A stretch of DNA of 64,000 nt, from IMG/VR virus record IMGVR_UViG_3300007770_000001; one strand, 5' to 3'. Positions within the stretch are counted from its first letter, which is position 1. The number at the start of each line of letters is the position of its first letter. Shown in pieces: positions 29,501 to 39,800 of this stretch. A model generated the notes under the pieces. That model was not told the origin of the DNA. It made no database searches and worked only from the letters and a program-made list of their open reading frames with translations. The position numbers and the translations under genes are program-made. The stretch comes from a virus. Lineage: Duplodnaviria > Caudoviricetes.

Positions 29501-30582
29501 ACCAGCAGGGAACGACGGATATCGTTTCCATCCTCGACATCCGACCCTCTATTGTGGCGGAAGGTCCTGGATCAACAGCGGCTCCTGCCGAACATTCGGC
29601 GCTGGCAAACCTGCATCTCGACGACCACAACCAGTACATGTTGCTGGCGGGCAATGCCGCGCGGAACGCCCTCACGGGTGCGCTGGATGCTTCCGGAGGC
29701 ACGATCGTTGTTCCGACTTCCACGAGTCCGGTCCAGACGACCGAGGGCTCTGTAGTTTGGGATTCGGACGATGACGTCCTCACGGTGGGTGATGGGTCCT
29801 CTCGGAAGACCTTGGTGGACACGAACTCCACCCAGACCCTTTCCAACAAGACGATTGTCAATCCGACGATCACCGACCACAGCAACGCGACGCATGACCA
29901 TTCGAACGCAACCAATGGGGGCCTGGTCGTACAGGCGACGGAGACTCTCAGAGGCGCGGCGGAGGTCGCTACCCAGGCGGAGGTCGACACAGGGACGGAT
30001 GACGCTCGATTCGTGACTCCCGCAAAACTGGCTGCTGCAGCTACGGTGATCCAGTCGGGACAGGCGGCCGGTGGTGATCTGCAAGGCAGCTATCCGAACC
30101 CTACAGTGGTGCAGGCGTCCACCACCGTCGCCGGCAAGGTAGAGCTCGCGACGCAATCTGAGGTGGACTCAGGAACTGACACCACTCGGGCTGTGACTCC
30201 TGCAACTCTGGCGAGCGCGCCCCGAAGAGCGGATATCCACATCATAGAGACGGATACGTTGAGCAACATCAGCTCTCCAACCCCGTCCATCGTGACTGGG
30301 ATGTCCTGGACACCTCCTGCGGGAACTTGGCTGGTGGTGTTTGATGCGGAGATCGAGGGCCACGGCAACGCTGTGACAACAGTGCAGATCTACATGGATG
30401 CTGCAGCCCAGGGCTATCCTCGCAGAATCTCCATCACCACCAACGATTTCGACTCCATCATGGCACGCGCCCTTGTAACGACGACAGGCTCTGAAGTTGT
30501 GTCCCTGCAGGCGTCTGTGTCTGCCCATGACGTAGATTTCCGGGGACGCGCGTTGACGCTCATCCGGGTGGGCATCGTATGA
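26599..30582 (+). CDS. Long tail fibre/spike protein
   Basis: GTG 26599 after GAAGGGG. N-terminal module shared with 30609; beta-helix start motif ADHTTIEAAL; two T4 gp34/gp12-like repeats (ATQAEVDTGTDDARFVTP, ATQSEVDSGTDTTRAVTP); C1q/BclA-like C-terminus. Confidence 0.75.
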   Translation: MAARIQSLRNGGSAVDEASRDDLVATDVVVVSSLDSATTYNWTLVFVPEGSAATFSGTTTAVSPGSFTVDIPGPYLVRLVVDSGLPTEDTQYVRLRALTEELGLTLVAAGERRDGTGTIPVDVDPEGWANEQNANLKALETAVTLASSPGVPEFVFRPGGTQTGNIFTDFADLYAALTAAEGKKRLVFDNSISSPCTIPAGAYDFADTTWVGVGFGVLLPAFEAQPRVEFANGVAITNLTRIQHLLIAMTAGVSTPITFSGVVHILQIRLSKLLSEAGANPLFVFSGAGAHLMDLTQTVLGGSSQEVIDLQGTVSLGFNLQVRSLIQTDAISGAAGTSLSKTLDASSSVATLSAFSGTDAGDTFMDEAERVGFDDSGLQHISADDVQKAIEDIDVAIDDPAGLITVATAGADHTTIEAALAEAAGVASPSNRILVEIYPGDYSENNPLTIPAYVSVNCPGRHAVTRLICQNSGAGQHGLVLTNDTDVVGIQIQGASGSGAAGFHFPAAAADIELQDCRIQDCDIGWLSEASANSPGISVRTPFITAGTTSSAFKCSAGGLMNVEGALVLAAATVGKVFHSDGANSTLRASGCRTNGDLTTHACYVENTGEMQLFANYHNGVATGVEITATGGTLESSGCTFITTGSSIVLADTALASLTVRGVSLDSSTFSLGAAATFAGSFTDTGSVFPGFNAIEELWAGATTIERVPLATYTRETAATAWVEGGLVTINSGFTLDVAAGKGFVNTGTGVVYVVWSGQQVIASADSDFYVYVDSAGTASLAGTTPDLETNVLLAAGRTDDSVVAFLSRNIVPSQFLRLRRHEWVATAVGSVWITGLAVTEYSGPSLQFQVGAGRFYQGDVEYTASASATPCVFNYWYRDGATWDVTVAATALDATNYDPAGSGLSPITAGQWVKCAVYVNINEGTTYWHVVYAQAEYASQVAAEGASLAVPPEIFNANALPLAAFVYQQGTTDIVSILDIRPSIVAEGPGSTAAPAEHSALANLHLDDHNQYMLLAGNAARNALTGALDASGGTIVVPTSTSPVQTTEGSVVWDSDDDVLTVGDGSSRKTLVDTNSTQTLSNKTIVNPTITDHSNATHDHSNATNGGLVVQATETLRGAAEVATQAEVDTGTDDARFVTPAKLAAAATVIQSGQAAGGDLQGSYPNPTVVQASTTVAGKVELATQSEVDSGTDTTRAVTPATLASAPRRADIHIIETDTLSNISSPTPSIVTGMSWTPPAGTWLVVFDAEIEGHGNAVTTVQIYMDAAAQGYPRRISITTNDFDSIMARALVTTTGSEVVSLQASVSAHDVDFRGRALTLIRVGIV

Positions 30583-30608
30583 TCCAGCATCTTGCAGGAG
30601 ACCTGTAG

Positions 30609-33600
30609 ATGGCTACTGCATCTATCGAGAGCTCTGTCACCGCACCGGTAGCGAAGCCGAGTGTCATCAATGCGTCTCGGGACGACCTTGAGATCAATGA
30701 TGTAGTCCTGCTGGACTCCGTCAACGCGGGAACCGTATACTCCTGGACGATTGCCTTCGCTCCCGAAGGCTCCACGGCATCCTTCTCGGGATCCGCTGTC
30801 GCCAAGAGCCCTGGTTCCTTCACCGTTGATGTCGAGGGGCCCTATCTCATCCGTCTGGTGTTTACAGACGGAACAGGAAGCACCGAACAGTTCGTGCGGC
30901 TCCGGGCGCTCACCTCCCTCGGGGACCTGAAGCTGGTTGCTGCGGGTGAGGGTGTCTATGCAGTCCCCGTTCCAGTAGACGGAACAGCAGCGGGGTGGGC
31001 GGACGACCAGAACGGGAACCTCCTTTCTCTCCTCTCTCTGATCACCAAGGCGGGGTCAGGAGGGCGGCTCCTCTATGTGGACCCCGCACAGGGAGACTAC
31101 CAGACGATCCAGGAGGCCCTCGACTACGCTCAGACACAGACCCCTACGGCGATTGCTCCGTGGGCTGTCTTGGTCCGTCCAGGCACCTACACAGAAGACC
31201 TCACCTTCTACTCGCATGTTCACGTCTTCGGGGCCCCTGGGGGTGGGGAGACCAAGGTGGTCCGTATCCAAAACGATACGGCAGCCCACTCCGTCTTCCT
31301 TGCGGGATCCTTGGACGAGGTCAACCTCACGAATCTGTACTTCGAGAATCCCGACACTTCAGCCAATGCTGTACTCAGCCTTTCCGGGGCAGGAACCCTC
31401 ACCCTGTCCCAGTGTGTAGTCTCGGCGGAAGGAGGGGCCTCTCCCCAAGGACCTGCTATCCTCACTGCAGGGACGAGCGCTCTTCGGGTTCGGGGTGGAA
31501 TCCTCTCCTCGAACTCAGGAGCCTCGGCAGACAGCTATGCGCTCATCGTAGGGGATGGGACAACAGCATCCCTCTGGAATGCGACCGTCGATATCCGGGG
31601 GATCCATGCCCGGGCAGGGTCGACCCTCGAGCTCCGGGACTGTTCCATTGCGTCGAGCGGCTCCTATGGGATCCGCTCCGAGGCCGACTTCCTCGATGTT
31701 GAGCTCACGAAGATCTCTGGTGCGGCTACCCAAGACATAGCCTTCAATCCTGGCGGGGGTGCCGTTACTGGGGATGTGGTGTCAGTCATCCGTTGGAGCC
31801 GCTTCGGCGCTCTTCTGTATGACACGGCAGGCATCTCAGGGACCACCTCTCTCACTATGGGGAGTGTTGACCACGGGGCTCTCTCGTTCCCCTCCGGGAA
31901 CCCTGGAGTCCTCGCAGCTACGGTTCTCTCAAGCACTCAGTTCTTCGACAACACCGCTACGGGACTGGCGGCAGAGAATGTACAGGCCGCTATCGATGAG
32001 GTTTGGGGAGTCGCAGTCGCGGTTCGTACTCTCGATGACGCCTACGATGGCGGGGGCTCTCCGGGCTCCGGTCGTCGTATCGTGGCGGATCAAGGCGCAG
32101 TCGAGATCGTCGACGCCGCTGCCCCCTCCGATCCCATTCCCCCAGGAAGCACCGACGGGGGCCTCGATATTGTCGGGCGTTTCAGGCTGGGGGCTATCAA
32201 CAAGCCGGAGCTCCAGCTTAGTCCCAACCCGTACGGAAATGGGCCTGAGGTCCTTATGGGCCAGGAGATCTGGGCTCCTGATGCTCCCTTCGGGTCCACT
32301 GCATTCCTCCTGGCGAACGCTACAGGAGTTCCAAGCCACCACAACTACAACATCCGTGTGGGGTCCAAGTCTGCGGCTGGTGGGAACCAAGTAGGTCGAG
32401 CGATCCTCCGAGGGGGTGATTCCCTCGCGAATCCTCTCCCCGCAGGCTCTGTCTATGTCCAAGCGGGTCGTGGTGCTGCCGCAGGGGGCGGAGATGGAGC
32501 CTCCCTGTACCTGGTCCCTGGAGACTCCGAAGCCGGAACAGTTGGAGACGTGGTTCTCGTCCGTCCGGAGGCCGCCACTCCTGCGACTCTCCAAGCATCT
32601 GGTGCCTTCGTCGGGGGTGTCACCGGAACGGTGCGGTTCGGGACCGACATGGGGGCGGTCGAGGTCGCAATAGACGCGGCTGACAACCTGTTCGCGGTCC
32701 TGGGGAAGCTCAACGCTACTCTGGAGCTTGTTGCCTCAGACGCAGGCGGTGGGGTCATTCTCCTCACCACTGCCTCTCGAGGGGAAACAGCTGAGGTCTT
32801 CTTCCTCAATGCAGACACAGGCCTGGACGTAGCTCTCGGAGGGTTCGCCAGCCAAACCATGACGGCGGGCACCTTCCCTGAGGCTGTGCGGATTCGAGTC
32901 ACAGCGGCGAATGAGATCACCTTCGGGGTCGGCGACGCCAACCCGATGATCTACAACACAGATACCGGGAAGCTCACTGTCCCTGGTCCCCTCGACCCCA
33001 CCTATCTGATCCAGACGGAAGCCCCTCCCACAGCGTTCATCTCAGGCAAGGGGGTTCTGTGGGTTGGGGACGGAGCTGGTGGTTCTGTCCTGGGGGACCT
33101 TTACTACATTCATGAGCATGGGACCTCCTCAGCTACGGCAATGAACCTGACAGGAGGTCTTGGGTCCATCACCGTAGAGGATGAAGGGACCGGGCTCGGT
33201 GCGTTCAAGATTCTCAACTTCACCGGCTCTGGAGTCACGGTTACGGACGCTGGAGGAGGCCAAGCCAACGTCGTCGTAACTGGAGGCGGGGGTGGCGGGG
33301 GCTCCCTTGTGGGAGCCGCTCAGGACGTGTTTGCGGCCACCGACTTTGCCTGGGACGGTTCGGTCTCCTCGGTGACTCTGTCCTCTATCCCAGATTCAAA
33401 TGTCATGAATGCTGGGATCATCGTCCTGTTTCGGAACGGCGTCTCGGACATCAACAACGTGGGCCCCACAGCCCCTACAACTGAGTTTGAGTATCGGATC
33501 GTCTCCAATGTCCTGGAGATCGGAGCGGACGTTACCCTGGATCCCACCGACACATACAGGATCGTCTACCCAATCATTAGCGCGGCTATCCTGGCGGGAA

Positions 33601-33863
33601 TTCAGCAGGATCTCTTCCCAAGTGCCTCCTTCACCTGGGACGGGACTGTGTCCAGCGTGGCGATCACTGAGACTCTGGATACAGCTGCTGACCTGGCGGG
33701 CTTCGTCATCCTGTACAAGAACGGGATCGCTGAGGTGGATAACGTCGGTCCTGCTGTCCCGACCAACGAATACGAGTATCGGATCAACGCAGGGAACCTC
33801 GAGATCGGTGACGACATCACCATCGAGACTCACAACTATCGGCTCGTGTACCCGAAGACCTGA
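30609..33863 (+). CDS. Tail fibre/spike protein 2
   Basis: N-terminus paralogous to 26599; GDYQTIQEAL...VRPGTYTE beta-helix motif; Gly-rich linker; duplicated 94-aa C-terminal domain. Confidence 0.72.
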   Translation: MATASIESSVTAPVAKPSVINASRDDLEINDVVLLDSVNAGTVYSWTIAFAPEGSTASFSGSAVAKSPGSFTVDVEGPYLIRLVFTDGTGSTEQFVRLRALTSLGDLKLVAAGEGVYAVPVPVDGTAAGWADDQNGNLLSLLSLITKAGSGGRLLYVDPAQGDYQTIQEALDYAQTQTPTAIAPWAVLVRPGTYTEDLTFYSHVHVFGAPGGGETKVVRIQNDTAAHSVFLAGSLDEVNLTNLYFENPDTSANAVLSLSGAGTLTLSQCVVSAEGGASPQGPAILTAGTSALRVRGGILSSNSGASADSYALIVGDGTTASLWNATVDIRGIHARAGSTLELRDCSIASSGSYGIRSEADFLDVELTKISGAATQDIAFNPGGGAVTGDVVSVIRWSRFGALLYDTAGISGTTSLTMGSVDHGALSFPSGNPGVLAATVLSSTQFFDNTATGLAAENVQAAIDEVWGVAVAVRTLDDAYDGGGSPGSGRRIVADQGAVEIVDAAAPSDPIPPGSTDGGLDIVGRFRLGAINKPELQLSPNPYGNGPEVLMGQEIWAPDAPFGSTAFLLANATGVPSHHNYNIRVGSKSAAGGNQVGRAILRGGDSLANPLPAGSVYVQAGRGAAAGGGDGASLYLVPGDSEAGTVGDVVLVRPEAATPATLQASGAFVGGVTGTVRFGTDMGAVEVAIDAADNLFAVLGKLNATLELVASDAGGGVILLTTASRGETAEVFFLNADTGLDVALGGFASQTMTAGTFPEAVRIRVTAANEITFGVGDANPMIYNTDTGKLTVPGPLDPTYLIQTEAPPTAFISGKGVLWVGDGAGGSVLGDLYYIHEHGTSSATAMNLTGGLGSITVEDEGTGLGAFKILNFTGSGVTVTDAGGGQANVVVTGGGGGGGSLVGAAQDVFAATDFAWDGSVSSVTLSSIPDSNVMNAGIIVLFRNGVSDINNVGPTAPTTEFEYRIVSNVLEIGADVTLDPTDTYRIVYPIISAAILAGIQQDLFPSASFTWDGTVSSVAITETLDTAADLAGFVILYKNGIAEVDNVGPAVPTNEYEYRINAGNLEIGDDITIETHNYRLVYPKT

Positions 33864-33933
33864 TATAAATAGTGGGCCTATCTGGGCTCCGTAGGGCGAG
33901 AGCAGTCTCCCCCCCCCCTTCACGGAGTCCTTC

Positions 33934-36222
33934 ATGTCAATCGCCTTCGAGCAGCTTCGGATGGCCACCAACCCTGGCGTCGAGGACGACGGTTCCGGGG
34001 GAATGCAGGTCAAGATCGGTTTCGGTATGACGCGAGACGCCGACGGCGTCAAGCTCGCTCCGAACAACGACACCTTCAAGACCCCGGTCCGCGTCAAGGC
34101 GCAGGGGAACATCAACCTGACCGGCGGCTCTTCCCCGGACGCGGTTGATGGCGTTACCCTGTCGGTCGGTGACCGGATCTTGGTTCCCGCCCAGTCCACC
34201 GCCAGCCAGGACGGCCTCTACGAGATGACGGTCGACGGTGGCGGCACTGACGACAACACCTGGGCCCGGACCAAGGACGCTCCCACCGGCGCTGAGGCAG
34301 CTGGCTGGTACGTGCAGGTCCTCGAGGGCTCCACCGATGTCGACAAGCTCTTCCGCGTGGATGCGGACCAGGGCGGCGCGACGGTCGGAACCGATGGCTG
34401 GACGGTCGTCGAGGTCGGCGGCGCGACCTCCGACACCCTCGCTGGGGATGGCCTGGTCGCCAACGGAGCGGCTCTCGATGTCAACGTCGACGACTCCTCC
34501 ATCGAGACCAACGCTGACGTGGTCCGGGTCAAGGCGCTCGGTATCACCAACGCCATGCTGGCCGGCTCCATCGCCAACGCCAAGCTCTCCAACTCCAGCG
34601 TCACCGTCACGGCGGGCGACGGTCTGAAGACGGGCGGCTCGGTGGCTCTGGGTGCCGCGGTCACCCTCGACGTCGACGTCTCTGACTTCGCGGGAACCGG
34701 TCTGGAGGATGACGGCTCGGAGAACCTCCGTCTCGCCGCGCAGGGCAACGGTATCGCAGGCGGCGCGGGGTCGACCCTGAGCGTGGACCTCGATGGTGCG
34801 ACTCTCGCAGTGGGCGTCTCGGGCGTCAAGGTGGCTGACGGTGGTGTCACCGAGACTCAGCTCAACACCTCCGTGGCTGGCAACGGTCTCACGGGCGGTG
34901 GTGGCACGGTCCTCGCGGTTGGCGCCGGAACGGGCATCGTGGCGAACGCCAACGATGTCGCGGTTGACGTCGGCTCCGAAGTCACCTTCAACTCCAGCGC
35001 CGACTGGACCTTCCCGAACGGCGTCACTGCCAAGGGTCTGTTCGTCACCGGCACCATGATCGACGCCAACCACGTCGCCAACAAGGCGTATGTGGATGCC
35101 GCTGCCTCCGGGCTCAAGTGGCTGGCCCCGGCTGTCGTCCTGGACTACCAGGGCACCCGGACCGTGGCTCAGATCGACGCCCTCTCCCCCTTGGCGGGCT
35201 GGGCGGTCGTGGCCGGTGACGCAGGAACCCCCTCGGCGGGCTCCTCGGATCTCCTGGCGGCCGGCGACATCGCTGAGTACAACGGCACCGACTGGAAGAA
35301 GATCGTCTCCCACAGCGGCGGTTTCGTGCCCTCCGGCACTCGCTGCATCGTCTCGGCCGGCGCTCTCTTCGCCCCCCTCTCCGACGGGACCGACGAGAAC
35401 AAGCTCGCCGACTTCGACGGAACCAGCAACACCCCGACGCTCACCGCGCCGGCAGAGGGCAACGCGGCGCTGATCACCGGCGAGGCCTCGTACTACGAGA
35501 ACCTCGGCTACACCTACGACAACACCGCGTGGGTCCAGTTCACCGGTGCCGGCCAGATCAACGCGGGTGCGGGTCTGACCAAGTCGGGCCAGACCTTCGA
35601 TGTCGGAGCCGGCAACGGTATCACCGTCCTCGCCGATACCGTCGGTGTGGACGCTGACTCCACCACTGGCGGCAACATCCAGCCGGTCAACGTGGTCGCG
35701 AACGGTGTCGGTGTCGACATCAACGCCATCGCGGGCACGGGCCTCGAGGCCGACGGCTCCGCCAACCTCCGACTCGCCGCGCAGGGCAACGGTATCGCCG
35801 GTGGTGCGGGCTCCACGCTCAGTGTGAACCTCGACGGAACCACGCTGTCCGTCAGTGCCTCTGGTGTCAAGGTCAACAAGATCACCGATACCGAGTTCAA
35901 CGCGAACGTCCTCTCCCTGGACCGCCTGAACATCCGGTTCCGCGAGGAGACCCACGCGGCGGGCACCTTCACCAACGCCAACCCCTCCACGAAGGACCTG
36001 GCGGTGGCTGCCCTCATCGGCACCAACGAGGACAACTACAACGAGGTGTACCGCAACGGTATCGCGGACATGGCCAACCAGGGCAACGGCGGCTCGCCTT
36101 CCGGCGCCACCCAGTACAAGATCGACAACACGGGAGCGGGCTCGATCGGTCGGGTGACAATCGGAGCGAACATCTTCGCCTCCGGCCACACCTACCGGGT
36201 CAAGTACCTCAGCGTCACCTGA
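33934..36222 (+). CDS. Tail fibre-like structural protein
   Basis: AGxGL fibre repeats, ANKAYVD motif, about 53-aa internal repeat (34675 and 35716), high-expression codon bias. Confidence 0.75.
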   Translation: MSIAFEQLRMATNPGVEDDGSGGMQVKIGFGMTRDADGVKLAPNNDTFKTPVRVKAQGNINLTGGSSPDAVDGVTLSVGDRILVPAQSTASQDGLYEMTVDGGGTDDNTWARTKDAPTGAEAAGWYVQVLEGSTDVDKLFRVDADQGGATVGTDGWTVVEVGGATSDTLAGDGLVANGAALDVNVDDSSIETNADVVRVKALGITNAMLAGSIANAKLSNSSVTVTAGDGLKTGGSVALGAAVTLDVDVSDFAGTGLEDDGSENLRLAAQGNGIAGGAGSTLSVDLDGATLAVGVSGVKVADGGVTETQLNTSVAGNGLTGGGGTVLAVGAGTGIVANANDVAVDVGSEVTFNSSADWTFPNGVTAKGLFVTGTMIDANHVANKAYVDAAASGLKWLAPAVVLDYQGTRTVAQIDALSPLAGWAVVAGDAGTPSAGSSDLLAAGDIAEYNGTDWKKIVSHSGGFVPSGTRCIVSAGALFAPLSDGTDENKLADFDGTSNTPTLTAPAEGNAALITGEASYYENLGYTYDNTAWVQFTGAGQINAGAGLTKSGQTFDVGAGNGITVLADTVGVDADSTTGGNIQPVNVVANGVGVDINAIAGTGLEADGSANLRLAAQGNGIAGGAGSTLSVNLDGTTLSVSASGVKVNKITDTEFNANVLSLDRLNIRFREETHAAGTFTNANPSTKDLAVAALIGTNEDNYNEVYRNGIADMANQGNGGSPSGATQYKIDNTGAGSIGRVTIGANIFASGHTYRVKYLSVT

Positions 36223-36244
36223 TCCTGACGAGTCCCAGACTCTC

Positions 36245-36271
36245 GAAGGCCCGGCCCTGCGTCGGGCCTTC
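36245..36271 (+). terminator. 10-bp hairpin after the fibre gene
   Basis: GAAGGCCCGG-CCCTGCG-TCGGGCCTTC (one G-U pair). Confidence 0.65.
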
Positions 36272-36314
36272 ATCGTAGGTAGAGTGGGAGATCCCTCATC
36301 CGGAGATCTCCCAC

Positions 36315-36764
36315 ATGGCTGGAACGCGCGTCATCCTTGTTGTCCTCAAGACCGACAACCCCAAGAATGGGTCAGTCACAGTCTGCTGTGGGGAGATCAG
36401 GCAGGATCCCCTCCTCCCCACCCATCTCCTGATGGTAGGTATCACGGGACTCTCATGGCCCTTCGGCGGGGCTTGGGTAGGTGTGGAGCGGTGGTCCGTC
36501 CCCAAGGACCTGGTCATGAACTGGAAGCTCGGACCTATCCGGAGCCAGCCCACCCTGACCATGGACAAGCTCAACAACGAGGGACAGGACATCCCCCGTC
36601 TTCCCGGAACGGTTCCCAGCAGGGATATGGACAACGACCCTGCCGCTATCGGAGAGCTTGTCCAGAACTCCGATGAGCAGGCAGAGCGGGCTCTCCAGGC
36701 CCAGGAAGCCATGGCTCGTCGTGCCAAGGTGGATGAGAGCAAGAAGGAGACGGACAAGAAGTAG
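36315..36764 (+). CDS. Hypothetical protein
   Basis: GGAG RBS; upstream GGTAGAGT -10-like box at 36278-36285. Confidence 0.55.
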   Translation: MAGTRVILVVLKTDNPKNGSVTVCCGEIRQDPLLPTHLLMVGITGLSWPFGGAWVGVERWSVPKDLVMNWKLGPIRSQPTLTMDKLNNEGQDIPRLPGTVPSRDMDNDPAAIGELVQNSDEQAERALQAQEAMARRAKVDESKKETDKK

Positions 36765-36817
36765 CGGGTCGGAACGGTCCTCTCCCTATCGTTCTGAACC
36801 TCTGAGGGAGAGTCTGC

Positions 36818-39800
36818 ATGCCTGTCTACCTGCCTGGCCTGACGTTCGGTGGCCTCGGATATGGTGGCGCAGCCTACGGACACTCCTCGTATGGCGGAGC
36901 GGCTTTCCCAAGATCTCCGATTGCCGTCACAAGTGGCTATGGTGGATCCCCCTACGGGACCGGACCTTATGGGTCTCTGGATGCGATTCCTCCGAAGGTC
37001 TCCTCTGCCAGTTCCCTTGACGGGTTTCGGGTTGAGATCTTCTTCAGTGAGGAGATGGATCCCAATCCTGCACTGACCACCCCTTCCAACTACACCTTCA
37101 CTGATGTGTACGGGGTCCCACTCACGCCTCTCTCCGTAGCTCTGGGGACTCCAGGATCCTATGGGGGCTACACATCAGTCATCGTCACTCATTCAGGATC
37201 CACTCTGGGCGGGCAGTACCAGGTCTCGGTGGTTGGAGTCCAGGACCTCTCGGGGAACCCGATATCCCTGAGCTCCGCTACCTTCTCGAGCTTCGGGGAT
37301 GTCTCCCAGGTCCAGATCTCATTCCCCTCCCCAGACGACGGGCGGACTGTCGTCTTGGACTTCGAGAACTCCAACGGGAACCCACAGCCCTTGTTGGCGG
37401 AGTCTGTGTTCTCTCCGGGCGTGGATGACGTCGCCTCCTATAGCGTCACGACCAGCTATCCAGCCCCTCCTACCTTGGGGTCCGCAGCTCAAGATTCTTC
37501 AGTCCTCTCTCGGGTGGTGTTGGATCTCCACCCGATGACGTCCACCACATACAACTTGACCGTAGGCCCTGCTGGGGCATACACCTACGACGGGTCCGTA
37601 CTTCCAGACGCAGATCCCAACCTGGACGGGGCGGAACTCGGGTCTGGGACTTCCAGCACGTCCGGAACAGGGCTCATTCTCTCGAAGTCGGCGGGCTTCT
37701 CCTATGGCTGGTCCTTGGGGGACACCTCCGGGAGACTCCTGACGGGCACGTCCTTCCGCGCGGACTTCACTCTCGACGTCTCCTCTGCTTCGATCATTCC
37801 CTCCCCCCTGAACAGCAGTGTAGTCACGTTCTCTGTCTCGGACGGAACGGTCCAGATAGACCTGGTCCTTGAAGATGTGTCCGGAAACAAGGTCATCTCT
37901 GTCCTGAGCGGTGCTCTCTCCCTACAGGTCCCTGCTGTCTGGGACCTGGCTGAGACGACGGTTTCCTTGGTCCGGAACATGAAGGGAGCTTTCTACGCTC
38001 TCCTCGTGGATGGAGTGCCACTGCTCACCTTTGCTCTGTCTGCTCCGACAGGATCCCCTGTCTATGCGGCAGGGACAGCGGTTCTCCTGTCAGCCCCTCC
38101 CGAAATCAACTTGTTCCGTTTGGGTGGTGTGGACGTATCTGCTTCGGCGACTGTCTTCACGGATGCCTGGAACTTCATCCACGACCTCTCCGACACCTTC
38201 ACGGGGAGTTCTGTCCTCACTCAGGATAGGATCCGAACCCTTCGAGGTCCTCTGGTTCGTGGGTGGGGAGACGCTACTCCCGCGAGGAAAGAAGACGTCA
38301 CGGTTCGCGTTGAAGGGACATCTGTTCCCGTAGCTTCGATCAATCCCTACATTGGGGAGATCGTTCTGGAGACGCCCATTCCCCGGACGGCTCCTGGAAC
38401 TCTCAGCATCGACGTCGACTACATCTGGGCGTCCAATCCGGTCTTCCCCATGGCTGGTTTGAACACGCCAGGTCTCACCCTGAACACGTGGTCCCGCCCA
38501 GGTATCCGTCCTCCAGGAGGCGTCTCCGGAACGACAGGGGCTGCCCGGACCTCTCGCTTCCCTATGAGTGTGGTTCTTCAAGGAGGCCAGCGCACCTCTC
38601 CGAAGCGTATCGGCCACCGATTCGTCGGGTTCCAGAGAGGATACTCTGCCCTCCTCAACTCTCCGACCACACTTCTCCTCAACCAGAGCCCCACGGCGGT
38701 CTCCAAAGGGACGATCTCTGCAGATGCCCTCTACGAAAGCGGCGGGTTCCTCGGTACGACAACTCCAGAGGCCGCAGCCACCCCCTGGAGCCTTGTTGGT
38801 ACTGACACGGGGGCCTTGGTAGGGGACGGGACCTACCGTCTTGTAGACGCCTCTACAGGCTCCTACGGGACAGGCGCCGGAGCGTACTACAAGAGGGATG
38901 TGGACCTCTCGATGACCACCCAGGTCACGGAGAGCGGCCGGTTCTATGTCGAGGAATACACGGCAGATGGGGTGTTCACTGGAGTAGGGTTCGGTGTCCA
39001 TGATGGGAACCAGATCCTCCTGGTGGGTGCTCTCCTGGTGGGTGGTGTTCAGCATCTGGGGGTGCTCCTTGATGGGGAGAATCCTCACCTGGAAGCCAGT
39101 TGGGATATCGGCCCTCAGGTGACTGGAACAGCGACCAGCCAGAGCACAATCCAAGTGCCCTTCGCTGATCTCCCCACTGGAGTCTCCGACGGAAACCGCT
39201 TCCGGGTGGCCTCTGGAAATCAGGCCGGGGTGTACACGGTATCCGAGTGTGGTGTCGTCCAAGCAGAGGACGGTCTCACCTATGAGCTCACGTTCTCTCC
39301 GGAACTCCCAGCGGACATCTCGGGCTTCGGGAATGACGAGCCCGAGATGCTGTTCGAGATCAAGTGGGACTCGGATCTCATTTCGGTGAGGACCACCTCT
39401 GAGTTCCCGCTTGGCGGGGCCACTGTCCTCGTAGGAGGTCCTGTATCCGGAGAGGTCGCTGTCCTTACGAGCCTCCCGGCCTTCCCTGCCCAGACGGCGC
39501 TGTTCCTCCCTGCAACCAAGAAGGGAGTCTCCTTCTGGGGTTCCCTATCTCGCCGCGCCACCAATCAGTCTATCTGGGACCTGGTCCTCTACTCGTCTGT
39601 ACCGGAGAGGCTCACGAAGACCCTTCAGGGGTTGACAGTCCAGACGGAGATGAACACTCTCCCTCCGGATGATCCCAATGATCCCTGGTATGAGGTCGGA
39701 GGGTTCGGCTACGCTGTATCCCCCATCACCGAAGAGCTGCTCCTGAAGGCGACCTCTTCGGATCCCGGGATTGGGCTGACGTTCAGCTATTCCAGGGTGG

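Noticed and set aside
33864-33871. T4-type late promoter (TATAAATA) as the general late promoter
   Set aside because: Only one occurrence was noticed; the recurring element is CTAT.
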